Assembly (NCBI GenBank): GCA_905178155.1
Contig: CAJINV010000008.1
Location: 372,001 to 436,000, forward strand
Source of the DNA: Amoebophrya sp. A120
Lineage: Eukaryota > Protista > Dinoflagellata
Length of the DNA: 64,000 nt
Direction of reading: 5' to 3'
In this document: positions 24,084-36,040 of the stretch, piece by piece
How the letters are laid out: every line of letters starts with the position of its first letter
Position numbering within the stretch: the stretch's first letter is position 1
Position numbers and translations under genes: made by a program
Notes under the pieces: model-generated
Told to the model about the DNA's origin: nothing
The model's database searches: none
Seen by the model: the letters and a program-made list of their open reading frames with translations, nothing else

Positions 24084-26761
24084 TTACAGATTGTATCTCA
24101 TCTGAATTTCGCCGGTGGAAAAGAAACCCATTTTCTTGTAGACTTCGCTGTTGGATTCGGTGCAGTCCAGAATCACCTTGTAGCAATTTTCCTCCTTTGC
24201 GATCTCCAGCAAGGATAGGATCACCTTTTTCGCGAGGCCGCGACGGCGAAACTTCTCCGAGGTAACGACGTCCTCCACGTGCCCGACTTTCCGGCCACCA
24301 CGCAAAAACTTCTGCTCCACGAGCAGCCCAGCGGAACAAACCACGCGCCCCGACTTCGGATGCTCCACAACGAGCACATGCGTGTTTGTCACCGCAAGCA
24401 AGGCGCGAAACCTGTTTGGTATAATTTTTGATGTTGCTGAGTGAAACTCATGAAGATTCATTTTCTTCCTTCTACCGTGATGAAATTGAAAAGGCGCCGC
24501 CTAGAAAGAATAAATCACTTTTCATATTAAGTTTATCAAAGACATAAGCGAGTGCGCACTTTTCGTCGTCCAGGTCACCAGGGTCCGAAAGCTGTGCGAG
24601 CAGCTCCTTGAAGCCTTTCGCAAAGTCGTCTGGTTGCAGTTTCCGCAAGATGTACTCCTCCCGCTCCTGCTCCACGTCCACGGAGAAGGAGAGTGGCAGC
24701 TCGGCTGGCGTGGCCCCCATCTCGTCTTCTCCTGTCGCGATCGCTCCCAGGTCCTGAACGCTTGCAGTGAGGAGACTCCTCTTCGACGAATCCAGAGACT
24801 CTGTTTCCGGCTCACGCAGTTCCTCCGCGTGATCAGCTGCCCCGGCTACTTCTTCTTCCTCCTCGGGTTGGCGTAGTACGGTTTCCTCTTGTTCTTCCTC
24901 GTCAGTGATTTCCTGCGCGGGTTGGTGTAGTGCCAATAATAGCCGCCTCAGCGGGGGTAGTGAGGTCATGGCGGTTTTTTTGTCTTCACTCCAAAAAACG
25001 ACGCGGCTTCCCTTCCCAGCACCATGCCGCCGTGGGTAATGTTATGCACGACGGCACGGCGGTCGCTAAAAATCTCGGTCCAGAGGTGGCCTCCATTTGG
25101 TTTACACATGAAAAACCTTCCCCGCCTGCTCTGGCCCCGCCAGGGCCCCCACCAGGGTCGGCCCCTTGGGAACCCCAAATCGGGCCCATAGCATGCGGAT
25201 TGGCTTTTTGCTTTTGGCGGACTTTGTTTTTTTCGTTTTTTTTATTAAAATGCCGCATCTTCTGGCCGTAAGTCCGCCTCTGAAATGGCGGATTTTGGTG
25301 GCGTCTTTTGCGGGGCCCGAATGTGCGCCAAAATGGGGCCCATACCGTGCGGATTCGCTGTTTTTTTCGGATTGTTGCTTTTCGGGCGCCCCTTTCTGGG
25401 CGCCCTAAACCGGCAGAAACTAAGGCGGTGGGCACCTCAGAAGGGCGCCCCTTTTGCCGGCTCCCCTGCGTCGTTTTATCAAGCGGGAATCGATAGCTTT
25501 CGACCGAGCTTGTTTGACGGCAAAGCCCCGCCCGCTGGATAATTGAAAATTTTTTATGTCCGAAAACACTTCCGCCCGCTTGATAACTGCCGGGCGTGTT
25601 GCTGTCTGACTGGCAAAAAAACCGCTAGGATAGAACGTTCGTGACCTCACTACATACGACTTCCTCTTGTTCCTCCTCGTCAATGATTTCCTGCGTGGGC
25701 CGCAGCTGTGCGATTTTTGTTCTCGACGACGGCGTAAACACAGATGATGTCCCGGTGCTGTTATTTTTACACAACAAGCTCAGTGCCGCCGAGGACGAGG
25801 AGTGTGAGGCCAGAGCTCCCGAAAGAAGAGAAGTTCCGTCGGCGCAGTCGTTAACTACGCGGTCGGAAGAGAACAATCCTTCGACTGAACTCGCTGGAGT
25901 CGAAGAAAAGAGCGCTGGCGCACCACCTGGTCTGCTTCGACTAGAAACCGCAACGCGTGTTCTTGTGTGGTCCTGATCTTCGGCAGACGAAGAACTGCTA
26001 TCAAGGAATGCAGCGGACTGCCCCTTGCGTAGTTGCTCGTCGTCCGACTCGTCCGGATCTCCAAATTCCGAACTTTCAAATTCAGTCGCACTGCCCCCTG
26101 TCGCGGTGCTAGCAAGGGTCAACGACGTGTCGCTATGGTGGAACTTGTTGTCGCCCTGCTCGCCTGTGGTCTTTTTCAAATTGCGCTGCAGCTGACGCAA
26201 CGCGTTGTAACGGTTTTCCAGCACAACTTCTTCTTCGTACGGATCTGTCACGGTCGGTGTAAGCTCCCCGCTGTCCAACACCACGTCCCCCCGAGCTTTG
26301 CGTTCCTCGCCGGAAACTGGGCGACTAATATTCGTCGAGATCTTGTACGTAGTAGCAGCTTTTTTCTTCCGCAGCGAAAGGCCGAGCGCTGAAACTACGC
26401 CAGTTCGTGTGCACACTGTATCTTCGAAGAAAGGTAAGGAGGACAGACACAAGTAAAGATAGGAGACTAGCACAGGAGCAAAAAGTAGCTTTTTCAAAAG
26501 TTGAAAAGCCGAGAAGGAAGTCAAAACTGTGTGAATGCGCAGTGAGACTCGTTTTCTTGATGCATTTGTTGAAACTTGTTTTCCTGCATACAAAAAAGAG
26601 AAAATTCCTTGAAATACGCTCCGAAACAAGATGATATTTTGTGGTAACGTTTTGCAAGCCTGAAAAAGCTTATTCATGGAATCGCGCGGCAACAAACCAC
26701 ATTTCGAAACCATGTCAGTGCGTTTCAATAGACAGAATAAAAACGAAGCAAGAACGGACAT
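24084..26761 (-). CDS. GNA1: Glucosamine-6-phosphate N-acetyltransferase (GNAT) with long acidic/Ser-rich N-terminal extension; start uncertain
   Basis: YILRKLQPDDFAKGFKELLAQLS...LLVEQKFLRGGRKVGHVEDVVTSEKFRRRGLAK...CYKVILDC....VYKKMGF...QMRYNL* is the canonical GNA1 pattern. Confidence 0.85.
24969..25627. mobile_element. 659-bp GC-rich TIR element / candidate non-canonical intron with decayed DR
   Basis: TIR T(G/A)GCGGTTTTTTTG(T/C)C. Flanks are GGTCA and GGATA (3/5 match). Removal plus 5 nt joins ORF 25625-26761 to ORF 24472-24969 in frame (NVLS-SLPPLRR). Confidence 0.75.
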
Positions 26762-27650
26762 TTTGCAGCTGAAACTGTACAGATTTTCTCGTGTAGCTCT
26801 CGTCGGGTCAAAAATTCAAGATACGGCCGGGCCGCTTGGAGTTTCTCTTGATATTGTACTACTTACTTCTAAGCGGAAGAAGCTGTAGTAGTATTTTCGC
26901 AATTCCAGATGAAGTCTGTATCTTGACTTTCCGCAAGCGTATTTCCAATTTCATGAACGAGATGTGATCCTCCAAGATCGGCAACGCAAGACGAGTTGAT
27001 TGATGAAACTGGCGGCGCAGAGCAACAAACGTGATCATCATAGTGTATGAGTACTTACACAGGCCAGAGCATGAGCAACTGCACTTGCTGCTGTCAAAAT
27101 CAAATGTCAAACACGATAACGCATCAGATTCCGTTTGCAACGAAAACCTGCGCACAAATTGCGAAGTCCATTAGGATTTCCATTGACTTGCACCTCTGAC
27201 ATAATGTCAAAATAACGCCAATGTTGCGGTCGTGCACTCTAATTTTCGTATTCTTTCTTTTCTTTTACTTTCATCCTAGCTTCTTATTCTTGCAAAATCA
27301 ACAGGAAGAGCTCTATGTCTACTAAATGGTTTTCGTTCTTTTGTTTTTTTTGTAGCTGCTCCGCTAGACTGCGCGAGGTGCGCACGACCTTGTGAAAGCT
27401 TAGAAGTGACACAATGATCAGAAACAAAAATGGGTAGCGGGCCAAAAAGACCAGCAACACACACACAGCGCACAAAATTGTTTATATCAGGAACAAGAAG
27501 ATGCTCTTCTGCTATCCTTGGCACGTCTGAATTATCCTGGTCTACCAGAAACAGGTCGAAACTGTGGTTGTGGACGGAACGCATCGATGCAGCTGATGCC
27601 CTATCCGGTTTTCCAAGAACAACGGCCGAGTACTGGAGGTCGTAGCGCAT

Positions 27651-29877
27651 TCACAATTTCGACTTGATCCAGTCCAAGGTGACGGAATTCGGGCGTTCGA
27701 TTGGGACGCCCATCACCCGCGACCAGACTTGTTGCGCAGTGACGCCAAGCACACGGGATACACTAAAGACGACCGTGTAGTAGTCGGCCTCGGTTAGTCC
27801 GTAGTACTGCATCACTGTGCCGGACAAAGCATCCACGTTGGGCCACGGATTTTTCACTTTCCCCGTCGACGACAGCACGGGCGGAATGGCTTGGTAGCAC
27901 ATATCAGCAAGCTTAAACGTCGGATCATCCGGAAGGTTCCTGAAATTTGAATGATGTAATGCTCGGTAACAAGAAATCACTGAAAATAACAGCCTCAGCC
28001 CCACAAAAATAGCTCTGCTTGTTGCATTCAAGCACAAAAAAAAAATTCTTGTTGTCTTTGCATCTTCAGTCAAACGCTAGGGAAATCAAGAGCCAAAAAC
28101 TTCCCAGAGTCAGAAACCAAATTGCTCCTTCTATACTCCTTGCAGAATTCGTATTCCAGCATGTAGCGGGGATCCGGCGCACGCAGCACGGCGTGACCAA
28201 AGCCCGGCACGACTTTTCCGCTAGCGAGCGTGTCCTTCGCAATCTGGGTGACATTCTCTTTCGTGGGCTCCGCGCCCTTCAGAACTTTCATCGTATCGTT
28301 CAACCAGCGCAGACACTCTTGGTTAGCCAGGCCGTGCAGCGGCCCGGCAAGACCGCAGTTCCCTGCGGCCCAGCACATAAAGGGGTCCGACAAAGCGGAA
28401 CCACACACGTGTGTAACATGGGAACTCACGTTTCCACCCTCGTGATCCGCGTGCAGCATCAAGTACAGACGAGTGACCTGTTGTAAAAATTGCGACGTGA
28501 GTGCTCGATCGAGGAAATGCTTACACTAAAATTATCGTGCCTTTGGCGGGTATGAAAACTCGTGTCAGGATTGAAACTAGCCATTGTCAACAGCGGTGTG
28601 TTCGTTCCCTGTCTCTGTTCGTCACAAACCACGGCGGATGGCCGCGCGTGCCGTGCGTATAATGATCGATGGCGCGCACGGCTGCAAATGCAATTCCAAT
28701 CTCCATTTTCAATCATCGATCCTGCTCGCGAACTTCTACGTATAAAAAGTACCTCTCGGAAGGGTTCTTCCTTGCCGGGCTTCGCGCAACTCAGCATGTT
28801 TGCGTAGTTGCCCGCCCAGTCGAGGTTGGGGTCCCAAGCGGGGACCTTACCGTCGTGGAACACCCGCCGGTAGATGTGCGCTGCCACAATGGGGATCTGC
28901 GCTACCAAGGTTAGCGAGTCGTCCAAAACGTACTGCCAGTAGTCGGACTTTTTCAGCGTACCCGCAGAGTAGGCAGCGTGAAACTTGGATTTGCTCTGCA
29001 GCGCGAGTAGGCAGATCGACAGTTGCGTCATCGGGTGCACGGACTTCGGAACCGCATTCAGGGTCTGAAACACGTGGGTCGGGATCGTCTGGGCCCGCTT
29101 CGAGAGCTCCTGACCGAGCTGCTTGGTTTCCGCAGCCGAGGGAACTTCCCCTGTCAGAAGCAACCACCATGCAGCCTCTGGTAACCCGGACTTCCCCCCG
29201 GGGGCTTTCGGTAACCTGTCATTGAAGCAAGACGCCACTAGATCGGAAGAAGCCAGTAATTAAGTACGTATCTATGGTGTTCCGATCATAATTCTTGCAG
29301 GAGTTTTCACAAAATCAAAAAAAAACATCTCCTTGATCGACAAGCGCAACATTTTGTCTCGATCGTAGTTGCAGCTGCCACTGCCGACGTGTTCGCGAGG
29401 ATAAAAATTGCACTTCTAGCAAACCATCGATGCAGGAGATGTAGCACTGAAAACAAAAATGAAAAAAATCAGATATCCTGCCAGAACTTACTTTTCGTTC
29501 GCCTCCTTTAAGGGCATACCACGGTAGGTGATGCCTTTCTCCGGATGCAAGTCGCTCGTTTCAGTGATCATGCCTGGCATCCCGCGCATGCCTCCAAAAA
29601 CCTGCGAGGGCGTCACTTCTGCGATTTTCTTCTCACTCTTTTTCACCATCGCAATGGTATCCTTTTTCTGCTGCGCCAAGGCCTGGATCTTTTTCTGCAG
29701 TGTCGCTACGATTGGAGACGTTTCCAGGGCAGTAGAGGTGGACTGCGCACCCGTCTGGTTTCCCTGCAGATGGGGAGTCGTTCTCTTGACGCCATGCTGT
29801 TCAGCGGCCGAGCCAGAGGTTGGTCCTGCCATTTTGGAGGAACTCGACCCTTCTGCTCCTCCTGAAAGAGGTGCCAT
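27651..29877 (-). CDS. CS: Citrate synthase, eukaryotic type, 4 exons
   Basis: GGMRGM..MITETS.L.PEKGITYRG, LPEAAWWLLLTGEVP, HPMTQLS, LHADHEGGNVSSH, GLAGPLHGLANQE, VVPGFGHAVLRAPDPRY, NPWPNVDALSG, PIERPNS. Confidence 0.97.
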
Positions 29878-31410
29878 CTTGGTCGTCTTTGGGGACGCAG
29901 AAAACTTACTGCAACCAGAGAGCACTAACGGGGATAAAAAGCACTTACTAAGTGTGACAGTTGACAAGACGAGAGGTCGGCAGATTGACTGCAATCTGCT
30001 TTGTCCACTCGCACTTTATTTCTTTACAACGATCGCTTCTAGCGGTCGAGTTCAAAAAAAAATTCAACGACCACTAGTTCGCGGATGGCAAGAATAAAGA
30101 GATGATGCGCGAAATGGGACTATGTCAATAGGTGCGGGCTGCTCGCTTCACGAGCTTTAGCTCTAGCCGAGCCTCACCGTCACCGAACCTCCTGTCGCAG
30201 ATATCAGGACAAAGGGCTTCGAGGATTTACTCCACCAATGCCAAAATTTAAAAAAGGCCCGAGCAGTCTTGTACCGAAAAAAAATTTCAACAAGAATCAG
30301 ACTCCATCATATCAAAAGGGAATTATCTATGGTATATCATGAACCTCCACAGATGACTTTTAGACAATCCGACGCAAGATTCTCCGGGGTCGGGCACATC
30401 AGTGTTCTTTCCCGGTTCTCGTCGGTACAGAAGTATAGTAAATGCACTATTACGTGATGGAGCTAACCGAAGGTTCATCGGACCGGTTCTTCACTTACTT
30501 TCAAAGAAAACCGATTCATATGCTAGCCGGGTCTCCGCACACCGACGCAGATCGCCAAATTCTGTTCTCCTGTATCTATGAAGACTGCTTAAGCTAAGTA
30601 TCTCTGCGGTGATGCTGGTGAGCACATCGAGGTACAAAAGTCCAAATCATTAAAAGAGCACACATGGGAAATTTGGATAGCGGCGAAAAAAAAAACCCGC
30701 TTTGGTCTGGTACTAGTATTTTGTCGCTTTATCGAGGAGTTGGGTTCCTACGTGCAACAAGCTAGCGTGCTCGTCTCCATCTTACTGCTGCAACCTGTGC
30801 TCCAATACGTAAAGAATCAAGCACGGCATGTCCTCCTCCTGTCCGTCTTCATGGTTAGCTTCACAGAGTCAGTGCGCGCGTTTCTGGTTCGCTGCGAAAA
30901 AGAAGTACAATTGGTAAAATCATGACGACGAAACCATACAAACGTATCTGAAACGGCTGTCCCTGTCGTAGACACTCATTAATTCATTTCCTATCAACAT
31001 AAAAATAGTGCTCTAGTAGGCTCACGACCACTCCGACAGACGGTGAAAGACTATCGTACATATCTGTTGCGCTGACTTTCTTTCCGGCTGCGATCGAGTT
31101 CGAGTCGCTTTAGTGCATGCCAAGTCTTTGTCTGCGACGCGGACGCGTCCTCCTTGTGGTCATTTGTTATCTTGTATCACGCCACCTCATAGTGTGACTA
31201 ATCGTACAGGCAAGGCTCTTTCTCTTAATGTTTCTGTTACTTGTAATTGTATCGCTATCATTGGTAGTGCTCGTAGTTAATCATTGAGGAAAGATTGACA
31301 GGGAACAAGTACATGTTCATTGAAACTCATCCTAGCTTCGTAGTTCGGTAAACCCCAGCGCCCAACAACAAACGTGCTGGAGCTGCCTTACCCTTACGTT
31401 TAAGTTAGTT

Positions 31411-34400
31411 CTATGATTTGGTCCGGGTCCCAAACTCGAACCACTCGTCCGCGCTGAGCTTCACCTGCTCGCCGGAAAGTGCGTTCCCGCGCGTGGTAAA
31501 GGACAAGCGGCCACTTTTGTCGTCGAAGTGGGCAAGCCAAATTTGGTCCGCCAGGAGATACTGCCCGGACGTCAACCGCACGAACGGCACCTGGAGGTTT
31601 TTCGCATGAAGCATGGCAGCGAGGCTCGCGTCGAGGCTGTCCATTTTGTCGAAAAGGTACTTCCCCTGCAGGTCGTAAGACTTTTGCACGAAAAGGTCCA
31701 CCAGCCGCTGCACCATCTTTTCGGCCTTGGTCGCCTGCGCCTGCAGGCTCCCGCGCTCGAGGTCGAACTTTTCAGACAAGTCCTTCAGCTTTGTGGCCAG
31801 TTGGTTCAGCAGCAGTTGTTGCTTGTGGTTCACCGTTTCTTTCTCGCCGAGCTGCTGTTCGTACAACTGCAGGTCTTCCTGCTCCGCGTGCCTGCCCACG
31901 TTCCGTGTCTCTAGCGACAACAGCTGTGCAGCCATTTCGCGCTTTTCGTTTTCGACCATCTCGCACCGAGCACGGTACGCCTGCAGGTCGTCCTGCAACC
32001 TTCACGATTGTTGTTCAGGTCGATATACTTCATCTCTTCAGTTTCAGATAAATCGCAACAGGGAGAGCGACACGTACAGTACGTCTGGTATTAACTATGT
32101 CAAAATTTTCTGTTTGAATCTGCACGAAAAGTGCAAGAGTTCGATGCCGCTGCAGTCACAACAAACATATTCGCGCCGGTAAGGACGTATTGAAAACGAG
32201 AGAAACACAAGCCGCATCATCACCTTTATTTTTTGCAAGGCGGATGTATAGTAACGCTAGTGGCTACATCCAGAAGCAGCAAAGATACCTTTTATTTTCC
32301 TTTCGCATGGACAGGCACTGCGTTTTCATGGCGGGAATGACATCACTTTGAGCCGTTTCCGTCTCCCTTCCGTAGGTGCGGCGCAACTCATCGAAGCTCT
32401 GCGTGAGCACATCAACTTGGGCATTTAGTTCCGAGTTGAGCTTGTGCAGCGCCTCATAATTCCACTGCTTGCCTCGGTAGTCATTGACCTCGTTGCGGAG
32501 CTTAATGAGCTCGAGATCCACGTGATTCTTTTCGTGCAGGTTTTTCGACGTGTCTTCTTGCTTCTTCGTCAAATTTTGGTACAGGGTGGTTCTCTCTTCT
32601 TGGCACTTCTCTAGGTCCTCTTGCGCGCGACGAAGGTTTTTGCGTTCCTGCTGCAGTAGTACACGACTCTGCTCCTCCACGCGCGCTAGCTGCAAAAGAA
32701 AAAGTAGAACCGTCATATTTCGTGGTATCATCATCTAAGTTTGCTTCCTAAACCCTGAAACCTAAACTAAACCCTTTCTGGATCGATCTTGAGCAGCAGA
32801 TGAGGGTGGTGGCTGGATCGAAGGTGAGACGGTCGCGTCGGCAGCCATCCCGTGCCGGCGGCGGTGGCGGCCTAACTAAGCCTAACCCTAGGAGAGAAAA
32901 AACCTGCTTGGTGCCAGTTGGGCCCGGGGAACAGGAAGCAAGCAAAAAGGAGGATTATAGTAAAGCGATTTCAAAAAGATAAAGGCGGAGCAAACTGAAG
33001 GCCGGAGCGTGCACGCCCCTTTCTTCTTAAGCAATGTCGATGGTGATTCATCACCGAAAGAAGGTAGAATGCTTCGAATGGCTTTGGCTGTGTATCAATT
33101 CCACAACATTATCCCGAGCGAACAACGGTAGCACAACGAAGGTCCGGATACATGCATGCGGACTTATACTTACGACCGCCTCGTCGAGTGAAGTACACGA
33201 CAAGTACTACTTACCTCTGCCTCGAGCTGGTCTCGTCGCAAGTTCGCGGCGAGGAGGTCTGACTTTGCTGCTGCGAGGTCCGCTTGTTCGTTTTGCTTCG
33301 TGCGACTGTCCAAGTCTGTCTTGTGCAGCTCCGCTGTGGACTGCAGTTGCAGCGATTCCAGCTTGAAATTTGCGGAGTCCAGATGCATGCCGGTCTCGTC
33401 AACCTTCAACTGCAGTTGCGATTTCTCCTCCTGCAGCTTCGCCACCTCCTTCTTCACCGCGTGGAGCGCGTCCGAAAAGTGCACGGCAGCCTGCGAATAC
33501 TCCCGCTGCAGCTGAGACCGCGACTGCACATGCTGCGCATCGTGCTGCCTGTACTGCTCTATCTGCTGCCCGAGTTGCTCATGCGTCTGTTTATTGTGTG
33601 AGATTTGGAACAAGATTGCCGCAGGAACAAAACGTCACGCGCCTCCATTCTTTCACAGAAACACACGCTAAGTCAAAAACTAAATCTACTGAAGCCAGTC
33701 GACAAAAAAAAAATCAAGGTGACGCATGGTAGGCGTTGTTGACTTCTCCTGCAAGAATCAATAGAGGGAGTACTTTGAGTTTCCCCTCTAACAGAAGAAT
33801 GTTAGCCTTCTGCACCCCAAGCGTTTTCACTAGTTGCTCCTGTTGGTCGCGCCCTTCATAGATGGTAGCTGTAGCTTCCTGCAACTGCTTCAGCAGGTTT
33901 TGGTTTTCGGCCAGGACGGCCTGTTTCACCAATGAATTCAAAGTGAAAAGGATCTTTGATTGCTACGAAAAACTTTTCAGATCATCATGATAATCACTGC
34001 ATGAATGGTGTTCTTGGGTTGATGTTATGCAAGAAAGCTCACGGTCCGATGCGCTGTGCGCACGTGCATAAATCAAGCAGAAGTTGTACCCATGTATTTT
34101 TTCCATGTCCGTGACATGCGCGACGTAACCAGATGCGCCTTCTAGCAAAGACAAGTGTGCCAAGTGTTGAAGATGAACACCTACAGCTGCACACAAAAAC
34201 AAGTATTCTATATAAGTAAAATTGTGGTACGTCGTAGTCCTTGCGTAGAGAGGAAATCTGTCCGCTGGTGGTGGCAACTGATGACTCCAGCATTTCCGTG
34301 AGATCTTTGTTCCTGTCGCGCGAGTGTATCAAAATGAAAAAAGCCCCCACCCCATATAAAATGGGAAATCTGTGCTGCAGGATTCGCGTACACAAATGCG

Positions 34401-36040
34401 CGCTGTCTTGCGATACAGCATCGCAGCCAGATCCGCAGCCTAGGGAGGGGCGTTTGGGTCTGGTTGCTAAGCATTGCAAACGGCTGTCCTCTAAGCCCAG
34501 CAGCATGCCAAATCGCTTCCATAATGGTGCGGCAGAAGTCTCTGCATTTGTCTTCTGTTCTTGCAAGACAGACGTGATTTGTGGTGTCAAATCAGCAAGC
34601 CAAATTTCTGGAAGCGTGCCTTTTCGATATGAGGAGGGGGGATTTTTCCTCTCAATAGAGTGCTCAAGCTGTTTCCGGGACCCTGCGTACTCGGCTTCCA
34701 TAGTCTCGTACTTTTGCACTTTCTGCTCCAGCGTCTCGATGATTTTCCGGTACGGCTCCGTGCGATTCCACGTGAGTTCCTCGACCTGCTGCGCCATGTG
34801 CCCTTCAACGTGGTAATTCATCGATGACCCGGCGGACGACGTCAGCGGCCTCCCAGATCCAGCGGCGCCCTGCTCAGTGGTCCGTGCACCTCCGACATGA
34901 TTATACTGCTGAGGGTGCATAATTCCGCTCGAAGAAGAAGTCGCGGCGGTTGCAGCCCCGCTTCCGCTTGTGCCACCTTTCGATGTGGTTTTCGTCCCGG
35001 GCACTTGCAGTGCACCGGCGTGCGTCCCTGCGCGGCCCTTGCCGGCCAACCTCGATGTGCCGCCCGGTGGCGACGAAGTACTAGACCCCGCTCCTGATGT
35101 TCCGATGGAACCATGTGTTGCAGCTGCCCCGCCCGCGGATCCAGAGCTTGTTATCGCTGATGTACTGCTGGTTGCACCGCCGACGAGCGAGTTTGCCGCC
35201 GCGGCGGCGGCCACCGAAGCGGCGTTGTAAGCAAGCTCCTGTGAGCGCTTGCGAAATAGTGACTCCAGCTTCGCGGTTACCTGCGGCGTGTGCTGCTTCA
35301 CATCCTCGCGGTTGAAGTACTGCAGCACGACATGAATTTCCGGAGCCGGCAGCTGCACCGCCTTCTTACTGGTGGATGTGCTGCTGCTGCTGCCCCCTGC
35401 TTGATTCTGCGCGGTGGTGGCCATCTTTATCCAGATGTCGCGAAGCTGGCCGTGCGCGAGCTCCAAGTCCGAAACGGGAAAGGAAGCTACTTGGTCGCCA
35501 ACAGTATACCGCAACACTCCGTCTCGCGACGGAGCCAATACCTTAATCGCTTGCGAAGGGCAGGGTACCTACGTTGAGTTTTGTTGTACGCACACATGCG
35601 AGGACTCCAGGTGGGCTACAGTTTCGTAGCTTACTCTTGAAAGGTAGTAGCACAAACTACGCCGTAATGGAGGCACGCCATCAATAAATAAAAATCATTC
35701 AAATGCATATGCAATTACGAACAAGCACTTGCATAATGAGTGTGCGTTGTGGGACAGCGTATGCGTAGGTCGTGGGCTTTTTCCCTACAAAAAGGGCTGC
35801 GGACGAGTCGAATGGAAAGCATTCATGAGTGAGATATTTATGAAAGATGGAGCACTTTTGCAAGTTGTCACCAGCAGCATCAATTTGCTATCCTTATACT
35901 TCCATCCCGTAGTCACAACAGGTAACCATCACTGCCGGCGCCGCACCCGCAGTGGGGGGAGAGTTTTTCAACTCCAAGACGGCCGTCAAAACATATGGGT
36001 CCGGTGGTTCCATCATCCCACCTCCGTCGCCAGGCAGCAT
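31411..36040 (-). CDS. Coiled-coil protein with N-terminal C2-like region and C-terminal GAS2/GAR-like domain; multi-exon
   Basis: Long heptad-rich exons. The C-terminus DSLDASLAAML...QVPFVRLTSGQYLLADQIW...GRLSFTTRG...EWF resembles the GAR domain. Confidence 0.65.
34327..34657. mobile_element. Introner, family A (331 bp), DR GAGTG
   Basis: GAGTG(34322-34326) TATCAAAATGAAAAAAGCCCCCACCCCATAT...ATATGAGGAGGGGGGATTTTTCCTCTCAATA GAGTG(34658-34662). Removal restores the coiled coil KQLEHS-RDRNKDLTEML. Confidence 0.93.
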
